Positions 29,101-39,200 of a stretch of 64,000 nucleotides of DNA are shown piece by piece. The notes under the pieces are model-generated. The model searched no databases, was not told where the DNA came from, and was given only the letters and a program-made list of their open reading frames with translations. A program made the translations under genes and the position numbers. The stretch covers positions 1-64,000 of the IMG/VR virus record IMGVR_UViG_3300032561_000012. One strand, given 5' to 3'. Numbering within the stretch: the stretch's first letter is position 1; every line of letters starts with the position of its first letter. Source of the stretch: a virus.

Positions 29101-32100
29101 TGTATGCTAGACCCAAACAAATCACCTACATTGCCACCTACTATGATTTGCTTACGATCAAATGTACTTGAACTTACAGTCTTGCTGTAGATGTACACAT
29201 ATCCTGTATTGCCTGAAGTACCGCTGTTAGGTGCCCCCACAGCCAATACATCACTGTTATTAGCATCAACAGATAAGTCTACAGCCTGACCAAATGCGCT
29301 GGTGTTTGTACCAAGTGGTTGTACAGTTACACCTTCAGCAAACGTGCCTGCGTAATTTTTTAAGAATGTGTTAACAGATCCCACGCCGTTTAAAGCAGTT
29401 GGCGATCCCACAGCTACCACAAGGTTGTCTGCGCTCATAGCTACGCTAGTGCCAAAACCGTCGCCTTGGGTGTATTCATTAACACCTTTAGTCACCTGTT
29501 GTGTGAAATTCCAAGGATGTGCTTTTTCATAGACATTCCAAAGATGTTCAACTGTAGCCACAGGACTTCCCATGGCCAATGTTGTAGCGGCATTATCATC
29601 AATCCAGATCTTTTCTCCTACTTGCCATCCGTGTGGCGGATTACCTGCATAACCATATAGACGTGCATCTTCCATGTATTGGAAACGCATACTGTCTAAT
29701 CTATATAAGATACCAGACCCTGTTTGTGTAGTCAGTGATGAGACGTTTGAAGGACTACCAAGATATTTTACCATGATGTTGTTGAGATCAACAACTTTGT
29801 ACACTTGATAGAAACCATCAAATGCTGTGCTAAAATTCTTAATTAAAAACACACTGCCTTCAGTAGTGGCTGTACCTGCTACAAAATTATGCGGTGCTTG
29901 TGTGGTAAAGGTAATATAATTGTTTAGACTATTAGCTACCTGAGTTACCAAATTGTTTGTTTCAGTTACACGATAGACATTCCAATCACGTTTAAAGTCT
30001 TTGGCTACCCAAATACGATATCCACTGCCCATGCTGGCAATATTATTGTCTAGGTCAACGTAATTAGCAAGATCAAATATAGTTAGATCAACGTCTTGTG
30101 AGTTAACATATCCTGCTGTAGGAATATCGTTGTCATAGTTACTGTGACTGGTTCTAATTAAAGCAATGTTGCCATTATAGGTACCGTATGATCCATATAG
30201 TTGACTTTGATTGAATACAGCAACACCATCACCTAGATTATTATTTTCTGCTGTGACAAACTGCGCTACACTTGGGTTTACACCAAATGCTTTTTCATTC
30301 AATGGAATTTCAATATAAGGATTGCTGTCTAGTGCTCCGTAAGCACCCACACGTATAGCCCACTCTTCATAGAATTTAATGTCACTGGTCAAGTTATTAA
30401 ATGTAGCACGCAACATTTGATTAACAGCATTTGCTGAACCTTTTTGTGCAATATACCCTTTGTAGAATTCTATTTGTGTGGTTTTAGTTAGGCCCAGGTC
30501 ACTAAGATATTGACGAGGCTTGTAGCCAATTAATGTATGGCTGTAAGTTAAATTGTCTTTGTCTTTGATCTCACCGTAGCTGTCATAGTATGACTGTGCT
30601 TCTACAGCCAATGTTGAGAAGTTAGGTAATAGGCCTTTTTGTATTTGATTGCTGGTCAACTGACTCCAATATTGGAATTGGAAAGTTGGGCTAGCAATGA
30701 TATCTTGCAAGGCTGTATAGTATTGACTCTTGTATTCAACGATATCACCTTGAAGGTAATCTTGTCCTTGATTCCAACTGTCGACTACACCTGAACTATA
30801 GATAAATCCAGGAGCATATAAACTACCGTCCCACGCAGCAGTTTTCTGACCAATTAGTTTTAGACGGTATTGACGATTACCTGTTTCTGGTTGATATATC
30901 ACATCATCAAACACTGTGGTGTTGTCAAATATCAAAATATGTTCGTACTGTACTAGGTCAACTTCAACATATCCAATAACACTTGCTGGATCAGTCAGTG
31001 ATAATTTAAATGTTGTAGGAGTACGTAAGACCGAGTAGTTGTTATTTCTAACTAGGTTAAAGTTTTGATCAATAACTTTACTACCGTACTGACTATCAGT
31101 AATACCAGCAGTAATACTGTTGACACTGATAGCAGTTAAAGTATCTGCCACAGGACTTAAGACTAAGATACTACCTGGTTTCCAGCCCTGTTGTGCCCAG
31201 TATAAGAATTCTTTAACTGATAAGTTCCAGTCACGTATTTCACCTAAGTTAGGATCTACAAGTCCAAATGTAAAGCCCTGTGCTACCAAATAACGTTGGT
31301 AGCTGATTAAGAAGTCAGCTATCTGTTGTTGTGTGCTAAATTCAAAACCGTATGGAACTTTTAGTTTTAAGTTTTGATAGTTATTGAATAGTGTAGCTGT
31401 GCTGTTCAACACTGTGGTCTTATTAGCATTACTATTAACCACACTAGGGATAATTGTAAAGTAACTGTTTTGTAAATCATAGCCACGAACACTGTAACCA
31501 TTTGTGGTCTTTTCTACAATAACTGCACTGTAGATTAATTTACCTACAGGTACTGGGCCTTCTACAGTCCATACTTTGTAGTTTTCGTTAGGTATGACAA
31601 TACTGTTATTAGTACTGGTTGGACTGACCTGTTCTGCTAATACCTCAAGATATTTTTGATCAGTGAAGCCTGCAGCCGCATAGGCTAGGTTAACAGTAAA
31701 TGATTTAATAAATGGGCTGATGTATGATTCAGGATTGATACCTTGATTACGTAGGTATTCTGCTATCCAGTTAATGTATCCTGCACCACGATACACTGTG
31801 CCTGAGCTAGTATCACCATTGAAGTCAACTTGATCTTGTGTTATGTGATGATTAGTGTTACGTGTTAAATACTGCTCTGACCCTATCACTAATCCACTGC
31901 TAGTATCTTGAAGAGTGTTTAATTGATTAAATTGAGAATAATTGTAAGTATCAATCAACAACCCAAAATATTTACCTGGTTTAGCCAGTGCAATAGCCTG
32001 TTGAACTGCGTATGGGAATTCGCTACTTGAGCGCCAAGCATACTCTACTGGACCATATTGGCCCACTGCCCAACTCTGTGCCATTTTTCTGCTGTTGATT

Positions 32101-35100
32101 GATTTGGCCATTATCTGTGCTGGACTTAGCAAGTTACCGTTTTGATCTACAGGGATGACCTGACTTAGGCCAGGGCGAACATAGTGCGGATCAATACCTG
32201 CTCTAGCACCTTGTACAATCAACCCAGCTTCTAGGTCATTCCATAGTAATGTGTTACCGCCGGTATAAGGTGCAGGACCGTAATAGCTTTCCCACCAAGT
32301 AGGCATAGTAGCAAACCCTAGCATTTCCCATGGTGTTAGGTGTGGGCGTAGTGTGTCGTAGTAGTATTGATAGCAAGCACGCCACGATCCTGGTAGAGCC
32401 TCACCAGTAAGTTTATCAGGTTGGCCAGCATAGTTCCAAGTAAAGCTGTCATTGCTTTCAAATGTACTGTTGGTGCTGAAATCTAATTTATTATTACCAA
32501 TCCAATTTAAGAAACTATTTGATGCCAGTTGATTGATTTCAGCCAGGCTATATGCTTCAGGTACACGTCTAAATTTGCCTGGTACCACTGATAAGATATC
32601 ACCGTAGGTACCTGTATCAGGTAGTTTAATATTGTTGAATATACGTAGTTCTAATTCTAATAAGAACTGATCTCTATAGTCATTGAACACAGGTGTTACA
32701 CTGCCATCGTGGCCGCGTATAACATCTGTAGGTGTTCTATAGGTATTGTCATAGAATACTTCTGGTACATATGGTGGCCATAAGCCTAACTTAGTAGGAG
32801 TTTCTGGAATATAGTTACCATCAGTGTTGCTGTATTCGTTGATGGTAATAATGTCACCAACATTTAATGTTGTTAAGAATGTTATTGCTGGTACTGTTGA
32901 ACTAAATTCAAAGTCTTGATTATTGACCACTTGCTGACCATTGACATAGACTAATACTGCTTGATTGCTTAACTGTTGGTCGTTGAATACGTTAGTTAAT
33001 TGATAGTCAGTGACTAAAGGATCAAATACAGTATAGGTTAAGGTAGTCTTTAATGGACCATAAGGTACCATGTCACTGTAGTAGAATGGGAATGATTTAT
33101 TCTTAACAGCATTGATCTTAGTTAAAATTAAATCAACACTGGCCGCAGGATCTGTAGGAATAATACCTGGTAAACTAACTGCTAGTTCTAAAAATTTATT
33201 TTTAAATTTAGTATATTCTTGTTGAGCAAAGCGCAAGGCATTGATAAAGTTAGCGTTGTCATCTACTAGGAATATTGACAGTGGTGCAGGTGCTGAGTGT
33301 TGTAGCAGTGTACCGCCTTGGGCTTTGATATCAATATCACGTAGGTTACTACTGCCAAGAATATTACCTATAACTGAATTGCTGTTCTGTGCCAGCGCAA
33401 CTAAATGGTTACGAACCTGTCCTAGGGTCAATGTATTAATATCTACGTTCTGTGCATTAACGTCTAGATTCTGTGGTACTTGGTAGAAGCCAAGTTGGCT
33501 GACTTGATCACTATAGACTAGAATATCAATTTGGTCACCAGTGGTCAGTGTTGCAGAAACTGTAACTGCACTATTGGCCAACGCCCATTGACTAGATTGT
33601 AAGTACGTGTAATTTTGAAATACTTTTAAGTAAGGTATAGTTGCAGATGTATTTGGTACTACATCAATAGGGAATGAGCTAGTAGTACCATCATAGGTAT
33701 AGCTGATCTGTTGATACTGTTTACTGTTTTCTGGAACTGTCTTCCAGGTATTTTTAGGTTGCAGTGTTTGGCTGTCAACTATAGTTTGTAGATAGCCAAG
33801 GTTAATTAGCTCTGTTTGTACTACTCCAGAAGCATCTGAATAGGTAAATGAGTCTGTGTTAAAGTAATTTTGAAACTCAATATCGCCTTGGGTACTGAAG
33901 TTTCTATAGGTCAATGAGAACCCTAGTACAGGATCAACAAAGCCAGTGGAATTAACTAAATACCCAAATAACCAAGTACCTTTAAATGTACTTCTAGTAT
34001 AGGTAGAAAAACTCTTGCCACTAACATCTAACACTTCAAATAGCGGAAATTGATTAACCGCGGTCTTTTGTTGGCTGCTATTCCATTGCACACCATTGTA
34101 CCACCACTCACTACCTGCGTATTGACCAGTTGCTACTGTGGTAGTATCATATGGTAATACATCTCCGTCTGCAGCTTTGACTAATTCAATATGATATGGA
34201 CCTGTAGGTGCTCCATCTAGATCAACTGAATACTGTACTAGTTTGACCAGATAAATCTTATTCTTAACCAATGGATCTTGATCAGCAGCAAATATCACAC
34301 GCAGGCCATTGGGGTATATTGGTTTACCGTTAGCGTCTAATAATGGTATACCAAATGCAGTTGAATATGTCTGGCCTTGCAGTTGCGTAAATGCATCTGT
34401 GGTAGTGGTGTCTAAAATATCAATCGCATCTAGTCCACGGCGGCCATAGTTAAACAATAATGTATCTGCATCAAATTGAATAATAGGTCGTTGGCCACGA
34501 GAATTTTGGTCAAATGATGGTAGTACACCATTGTAGTTTGCTGTGGCAGTGATAACGTCAACATGGAACCAACGATTGTTACGTGACCAAGCATTACGAT
34601 CTACACTACTGCGATTAATAGTAATGTAGTCTGGGAACAAGGTATTAGGATACAATAAAGTATTTTCTTTAATGTAGGCCTCTGGGGTTATCATTTGGTC
34701 TACAGGGACTAAACGTATACCACTGTTGTATAATGCTTGATTACCAACTTCTTCTACGTAGTATTGATTATTTTGATATTCAGCTGGCGTTACATCTGTG
34801 CCAAATTGAATTTTTAATCCTGAAGTAAAATTAACTCCATTTGGACTAGTATAATTTTGTTGTCCTAGGATGTCAGCATCTACATCAATGGCCCAGTTGT
34901 TGTATTCAACAACTTTGATCTTTTCAAAAATATTATAATTTGTGCCGTCTTGTATCCACAAGGTATCTAGGCCAGCAGTTAACAGCGGCATTGGATAGAA
35001 TAACCCGTCAAGATCTTTGTAGAATTCTCTGTTGGCATTAACTACACCAAATTTAATGTAGACCTTTTGATTCACTGCCACTGCTTGATCAGGAATTAAC

Positions 35101-36200
35101 TGTATTAGTAGGTCATTAGTGCCATCTGCATTTTTAATTCCTGCATCAACTAACACAACTTTCCATACGTTGTATCTCAACGATGAGCTGACAATAGTAC
35201 CTGCGTTATAACCTGGTACTACATTACCTGAGTGATCATGTACTACTGGAGCAGTCCAATCAGCATCGCCACCTTTGTGTGGCCAAGTGCTGACACTAGA
35301 AAAAACTAGTTTCTTACCTGTGAGCTGTTGAACAATACCGTTGTATTGTGGGTACTCTGTAGTAAACTGACTGACTGTTTTATTCTGCCAGGTATTGTAT
35401 GGTACTGGCGTAGAGTAGTCTATATTGTCTACTACCTGCATGCCTGAGAACTTGTCTTGTGCCGTGCTTTGCGGAACATTGAATGAAATAGTACCAACAT
35501 CAATACCATTGTTAGTTACGCCATAGACGTCGCGTGAGCTGATAGTAGGAGTAGCATTTACTTTACCTGCTAGAGCTAGATTGCCTCGTTCGCTTTGAAT
35601 CCAAAAAGGTACACCAGGTTGATTGACTATAAATTTATACTCGCCACCGCGTGCCAGAGTAATACTATAGTCTACTGTGCCAGTCTGATCAGTAAAAATA
35701 TACTGAAGATTGTTAGGATCACGAGTGACTGTGTATGTTGTAGTCAGTGGCAGACCTGAGGTGTTAACAGCCACAGCATCAGGACCATTAGGCAACCAGT
35801 AGTATTGACTAAAGTTAACAAACTTGTCATATGAAATTAATGGATCAAAACTGTAGTATTCTTGTTCCCATAGGCGACTTTGATTATTAGTGAATCCGCC
35901 ATAGTAATTGATTTGATTTAGTAAATCGCGATAGCTAGCAAAGAATTTAATATTCTGTTGTTGATCTTTGATTACCAAGCTAGGTTCAAGCTGATAGTCT
36001 TGACGATCAGCTGTAGGTTCAATTATGTAGCTATCACCGCTCTTATATGTAGGAGCAAATGTGCGTCCTATGTAACCATATAAGTTTGTTAAATTAGGTT
36101 CACTGACCAGTTGATCCATTGTAGCTGATAAGAACTTTTGATTCGTATCAGTTTGGAATACACTAGGTAAAAATTTAAGCGTTTTTCTTGTTACGGCCAT
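23190..36200 (-). CDS. Giant (4336 aa) baseplate wedge/adhesion protein with FG-GAP-like repeats
   Basis: Uninterrupted ORF directly after the gp6-like gene; seven FG...G(A/S)P-type blades; CBM5/12-like W..Y..G.IV.Y motifs. Confidence 0.7.
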   Translation of the reverse strand: MAVTRKTLKFLPSVFQTDTNQKFLSATMDQLVSEPNLTNLYGYIGRTFAPTYKSGDSYIIEPTADRQDYQLEPSLVIKDQQQNIKFFASYRDLLNQINYYGGFTNNQSRLWEQEYYSFDPLISYDKFVNFSQYYWLPNGPDAVAVNTSGLPLTTTYTVTRDPNNLQYIFTDQTGTVDYSITLARGGEYKFIVNQPGVPFWIQSERGNLALAGKVNATPTISSRDVYGVTNNGIDVGTISFNVPQSTAQDKFSGMQVVDNIDYSTPVPYNTWQNKTVSQFTTEYPQYNGIVQQLTGKKLVFSSVSTWPHKGGDADWTAPVVHDHSGNVVPGYNAGTIVSSSLRYNVWKVVLVDAGIKNADGTNDLLIQLIPDQAVAVNQKVYIKFGVVNANREFYKDLDGLFYPMPLLTAGLDTLWIQDGTNYNIFEKIKVVEYNNWAIDVDADILGQQNYTSPNGVNFTSGLKIQFGTDVTPAEYQNNQYYVEEVGNQALYNSGIRLVPVDQMITPEAYIKENTLLYPNTLFPDYITINRSSVDRNAWSRNNRWFHVDVITATANYNGVLPSFDQNSRGQRPIIQFDADTLLFNYGRRGLDAIDILDTTTTDAFTQLQGQTYSTAFGIPLLDANGKPIYPNGLRVIFAADQDPLVKNKIYLVKLVQYSVDLDGAPTGPYHIELVKAADGDVLPYDTTTVATGQYAGSEWWYNGVQWNSSQQKTAVNQFPLFEVLDVSGKSFSTYTRSTFKGTWLFGYLVNSTGFVDPVLGFSLTYRNFSTQGDIEFQNYFNTDSFTYSDASGVVQTELINLGYLQTIVDSQTLQPKNTWKTVPENSKQYQQISYTYDGTTSSFPIDVVPNTSATIPYLKVFQNYTYLQSSQWALANSAVTVSATLTTGDQIDILVYSDQVSQLGFYQVPQNLDVNAQNVDINTLTLGQVRNHLVALAQNSNSVIGNILGSSNLRDIDIKAQGGTLLQHSAPAPLSIFLVDDNANFINALRFAQQEYTKFKNKFLELAVSLPGIIPTDPAASVDLILTKINAVKNKSFPFYYSDMVPYGPLKTTLTYTVFDPLVTDYQLTNVFNDQQLSNQAVLVYVNGQQVVNNQDFEFSSTVPAITFLTTLNVGDIITINEYSNTDGNYIPETPTKLGLWPPYVPEVFYDNTYRTPTDVIRGHDGSVTPVFNDYRDQFLLELELRIFNNIKLPDTGTYGDILSVVPGKFRRVPEAYSLAEINQLASNSFLNWIGNNKLDFSTNSTFESNDSFTWNYAGQPDKLTGEALPGSWRACYQYYYDTLRPHLTPWEMLGFATMPTWWESYYGPAPYTGGNTLLWNDLEAGLIVQGARAGIDPHYVRPGLSQVIPVDQNGNLLSPAQIMAKSINSRKMAQSWAVGQYGPVEYAWRSSSEFPYAVQQAIALAKPGKYFGLLIDTYNYSQFNQLNTLQDTSSGLVIGSEQYLTRNTNHHITQDQVDFNGDTSSGTVYRGAGYINWIAEYLRNQGINPESYISPFIKSFTVNLAYAAAGFTDQKYLEVLAEQVSPTSTNNSIVIPNENYKVWTVEGPVPVGKLIYSAVIVEKTTNGYSVRGYDLQNSYFTIIPSVVNSNANKTTVLNSTATLFNNYQNLKLKVPYGFEFSTQQQIADFLISYQRYLVAQGFTFGLVDPNLGEIRDWNLSVKEFLYWAQQGWKPGSILVLSPVADTLTAISVNSITAGITDSQYGSKVIDQNFNLVRNNNYSVLRTPTTFKLSLTDPASVIGYVEVDLVQYEHILIFDNTTVFDDVIYQPETGNRQYRLKLIGQKTAAWDGSLYAPGFIYSSGVVDSWNQGQDYLQGDIVEYKSQYYTALQDIIASPTFQFQYWSQLTSNQIQKGLLPNFSTLAVEAQSYYDSYGEIKDKDNLTYSHTLIGYKPRQYLSDLGLTKTTQIEFYKGYIAQKGSANAVNQMLRATFNNLTSDIKFYEEWAIRVGAYGALDSNPYIEIPLNEKAFGVNPSVAQFVTAENNNLGDGVAVFNQSQLYGSYGTYNGNIALIRTSHSNYDNDIPTAGYVNSQDVDLTIFDLANYVDLDNNIASMGSGYRIWVAKDFKRDWNVYRVTETNNLVTQVANSLNNYITFTTQAPHNFVAGTATTEGSVFLIKNFSTAFDGFYQVYKVVDLNNIMVKYLGSPSNVSSLTTQTGSGILYRLDSMRFQYMEDARLYGYAGNPPHGWQVGEKIWIDDNAATTLAMGSPVATVEHLWNVYEKAHPWNFTQQVTKGVNEYTQGDGFGTSVAMSADNLVVAVGSPTALNGVGSVNTFLKNYAGTFAEGVTVQPLGTNTSAFGQAVDLSVDANNSDVLAVGAPNSGTSGNTGYVYIYSKTVSSSTFDRKQIIVGGNVGDLFGSSIQFNQDGEWLYVGAAGNNNVYAYGLSRFVPFQQQTVSVKDQVTLTLSGNISATATQLINQSVSGAQGSLAATVSNSSVVVLTNLVSNFAIGSNVLIGNTYVAGNISIQSVDAGVYVTNVVNASVTNSIPLTFTPYAANDATSLLITSSNKTYIPNQDYTLSGSTVYFTANVVQSDISIVQQPYYKLVKNIQNPNPANTFANFGHSLSASFDGAQIAIGAPGDTVAGEGGNLLVGAGCIYIYDRVIEAFKTTGGLIYTTRNPIGPVYKVTIDGNEVTNYTVTGTYTIEFIDPPEVGHVLYIEVNDFNLLERLIGVDSLENTLTALQAGAAFGTSLTVCGINCAIYTGAPYYANGTEYNSGAIWKFHNRGRLYGTNTGYAVNPVFTPGDSIRLQNFEVIVSARMMPTTYNGQAANILALSSNITAVAGQTISQNQGSGVYANVVVLANVTNSQFVTVTNYTGNILFNYGQSSTGANVVAIVNPVWNNNSHIWANTSITTTAYPMASLDSIVKDVNDAQILGVSAVNQNGLLRLNSDVTVAKDQLRILSGIRTPGSPGVYADADLRLFAFMQIIVNPFGQPGEYFGSQVKIAQNAYMLVIGAARGTTHRYTTFDVATTTNSTTFDRTTTKWFDSIPGSGSTYIYELYDDPRDDVYTPGRYQYCQNLDPGLLASGAEFGYSLDVKETFVVVSAPGATVNGEPSGTGAVYIFENPTLARGWGLIRYQQAKVDPDSLTRAYLYNNLTNTIIDDLQFIDPAKGRILGEAEQEISYKTEYDPAQYNVGTNANADINSNVYWGDLQVGRVWWNLSQVRYIDYEQDTNLNDKITYRSINWGNLFPGAVIEVCEWVKSIYLPSQYVANGGDGQPKYADNSAYVEITYVDPTTNIITTNYYYWVTGKTTVDPNNPTRHLPTSVIADYIQNPKNQGLAYAAVISPQAIAFYNVGSYLSADNTIMHLDYQLLINSDMIHSEYELVQKGNPSDPIPVKIVNKLVDSLAGLDSIGQTVPDPTLSDADRYGIDIRPRQSMFKGRLTAVVEMVQYANSILIANPIVEQYSLAGMYAEDPQPDYKLGAYDQSVSTVEELNYIDTMSLAPGYLVLVTSDSTQNGLWVLYVLTADKLWQIEQVQAYKTSLYWTYTDWYATGYSAATKPNFSVMTTNDALALKPAAGEIIYVSDATGNGTWRLFVVNTDGTFQVVGIQNGTIQLNTSLGDFVNNALGFGNQDFDSSRFDQDPNNEIRAIVQALNNDIFIDQLQGEFNNLFFILVNYLLTEQNYVDWLFKSSFISVTHKLRTLSQFPSYIVDNQTYYQDYINEVKPYRTKVREYLIDYTGNDTYSGSVTDFDLPAYYDTSTGYGIFRSPSGEVPYTSEDEATWQTFPYNQWYDNRTLQVGAVIVETTGANYSFVPQVTISSVDGKGSGATATAVMSGPVTGNANLTVVSITVTNPGSGYITTPVVTINGTSSVSATAYAQLVKLPFTNNTPLLTGNAYPLVRTFDTAIKFDRTTYSSTVQQWQPYTNYIAGQIVTYAQPEGNVLVRQAYQVKSNIITSGTFFSGDYTVYAANLFTNASDRIVGYYEPSNVMPVVDTITVPITVANAAVSANTIYVFPASNLLKGMTISGANVTAGYITNIVSNVTINLSNVITSVTQISLSVNVSLATDTTITATYNALDQLLTGITYPSSPVVGAGFDLSPGFGRTWDLSSYDSVQYSQDGIPLLSTNVLDTIYQSNYVTEELAGNTPEEIVLSGGQYIDRYYSHAPEELVPGITFDTLDMRIYTSNVTVNGANVTLGYRIFDNMINKPSYLRISSANTTVLTHSLGLTDGNIFVANAAALTMPDPVNLKPGVIFIDAERITYWTANVVTNTLGQIRRGTQGTAAATHLAGASAFDASASQIIPNTTYGNLITYANVFYNNGTGTALDGTGLNGSDTLAANVMKAYPATYSNIIPGMNNAITTENAINMMIATEGNVTIYTET

Positions 36201-36215
36201 TATACTCTCAATATG

Positions 36216-39200
36216 TTATGAACTTACAACTGCGCCAGTTTGATTCAACTGAGCAGCGGTAATTGCTGTAATTATTTTCACGTCTGCCACTGTGGCTGCA
36301 CTGGTTACTATTTCATTGATGTTACAATTAACCTGCATTAAACTACCAAACACGCTGGATTCATTTGCAGGTACAATCGTAATACTTGCTACATTAGGAA
36401 CTAATTGAACATGTAGGTATGCGGCTAATTCACTGAAGTAGAATGTTTCACCAAAGTCCCAATTGGCCACATCAAAATAACTATTAATTGCTGCAATCAC
36501 TTGGCTTTGTACTTCATTGTCACTGATAACCACATTAGGATTCTTAATCACTAAGAAATTTGCCTGTAGTGTAGGATCTGCTTTGGCTCCAAACAAAGGT
36601 TTAAATGCCGCAGGATTATAAATGATAGTGTCACTGATGGCTTTGTAATTGTCTAGGCCACTGTAAGCAGTATCAAGTTCTTCACTGGTAGGTGCTGTTG
36701 GTTTGCTGATTAATCCAGTAGTGTCTTGTACCCATGCAAGATAGTCTGTGCTATATTGTTGCGTTAGAATATACAAGTCAATGATGTTGTTTGGGCTAGG
36801 ATCAATACGGCGATTATTTGGACTATTATGGCGATACTGGAAGTAGATACTTTGGCGTCCTACTTTAGCCACATATCCTGACACAGGATTGAGTGTGTAA
36901 ACAGCGCCACTAACACTCAATTGATAAAAACTATCAATTGGTGGTATATAGAACAGTTGTCCTGCTTGGTAGGTTGTTGCAGCTACCTGTGCATCGCGCA
37001 GTGATTGATATGTTGATACCACAGTACTATTGTCTACACTGGTCTGTACAATAAAATTATCATAGCCAGTGGTTTCTTGGAAGTAAACGTACTTGCTGTC
37101 AATGTTGGTTTCTGGGCTAACAATCAATTCAAACAGTTCAGGATTATCTGGGATGCCGTCATTGTTGACATCACTGAATGTAATTAAAATACGATTTTGA
37201 TCTACATAGCCATCAACTTCAGTAATAGCTTTATAGATATACCAAATGTAGTCAAGTGCCAGTGGATTACTGTCATCGGGATTACTATTAACTTTTAACA
37301 CTTTGATCTGATCGTGTACAGTTTGTCCTGTTGTGGTATCAAAGATCTTAGTCGTGCCGTCATAGTAGAAGTCTGTTTCTAATACGCTTTCAAACACATA
37401 GTTTAGGCCGCGATAGCTAACTGTGTAGGTTTTACCCACAGTTGTAAATGCGATAAGCCAGCTTGAATCTAACCCTGTACCAGATGTATCACCAGCATGA
37501 GCTAAACTAAAATCATTAGCAGTGTTTAAGTCGCCTGGTAGTACCATTTGCCAGCTGGCTAAACCTACATCATAGCGTAGACCAAAGTTAGCATAGGCTT
37601 GAATATAGCTGACCATTGCAGCTACAATGCTGTTAGAAAATGTTACATTGAATACTGCAAACACTTTGTCAGCAATAGCACCTGTAGGAACATTTTGGCT
37701 GATAGTCACTGGACCACTGCCATTAGGTAAATTACCCTGTCCTCCATTTGTACCATCACCTACTACTAATTCTACTGCACCATAGATATAGTATTTGTCA
37801 CCAGGCTTGCTAGGTGTACCTGTTTGTATAGTATTTGTAGCGTCAAAGTAGTTACCTAGGCCTGCTGAATAACGAATAATACTACCTTGTACTATGTATT
37901 TGTTATTGCTGGTCACTGATGAGCCAATTTGTAAGATCTTACCTGATGCATCTGTAAAGTATCCTGTACTACCGTTAGCAATCACAGTTGATTTATTCCA
38001 GTAGATATTAGTCAATGCTATCAAAGGATAGTTAGCATAGAAAAATTGTGTAGTCTCAGGTGCTTGCGCAATTGGTGCTACCTTGTCATAGATCACACGA
38101 TAGATGTCATTGGTAGTGGTGTAGCTGAAACTGAATGTATTGATAAAAGGATCACGATATAAGATACCATCATCTGCAAAAATGTTAGTGCTGGAATATT
38201 TGCCTGTTACATCAATAACATCAAGATAACGACTAATGCCGCTACTGGTACGGTTAACTGCTTTGATCTTTAAAATATTACTGAATAATGTGTAAGGTAA
38301 GATATTATAATCTTCACCTGTGATCATACGATTCTGTGTGTAGAACTGTTGTGGTGCTTTCTGACGTACATCGTCAAGACTTTCACGTGTGGCTGAATTT
38401 GCCACTGTGTACTGTAGACTGGCTGTGATTGTAATGGTTTCGACACGGCCACTTGCACTGATATAGTTAATAGGAACTACTACACCCTGCATTTCGTCAG
38501 GAGTAATTTTGTATTGTAGGCCATTGCTGGTTCTGTAATACACACGGAAATTGCCTTGTGGAATATTACTAAATGAGCCATCACCAAATACTAGATCAAT
38601 TTGATCACCTGCACGACTGTTAACTTGATAGATATTTCTATTAGTGCTTTGATTGTAGATAACATTGGTATTGGCCACAGCTGGAACCTGTTCCCACAAT
38701 GTGCCTAGATTGCCATTGGTGTCTACACTGTATAACCAAATGTCACTGTTGTTAATATTGTTAGTATTGATACTGTATACACGATTAGGCACACTTTCAG
38801 CAAAGTTAAAGTCTTGGCTTTGTAGTTTACCCTGTACAAAATACAAGAAGTAACCAGTATTAACTGATCCATTACCTAGGTTGTCATTTTTGTATAAGAA
38901 ATTAAACGGTGCATTCAGATATGGATTTACTTCATATATGTATGATTGTCCTGCTGAAGTTGGGCTTACCATTTCAAACGGCATACCGGTGCCCGCCACT
39001 GTGGCATTGAAACTATATGTAGCTAACACATTAGGTATTAGATTAATCTGATATTCATCATTGGTGATGCCATTGATTAACTGGCTAGCACTAGGCTTAC
39101 CAATAGCTTGATTGCTGATCAATGCAGCATTTAAGATTAAGGTAAATTGTTCTTGCCAGTTACCGTTGCCTGCATCTGCCCAGTTAATCACTAGGTTTGA

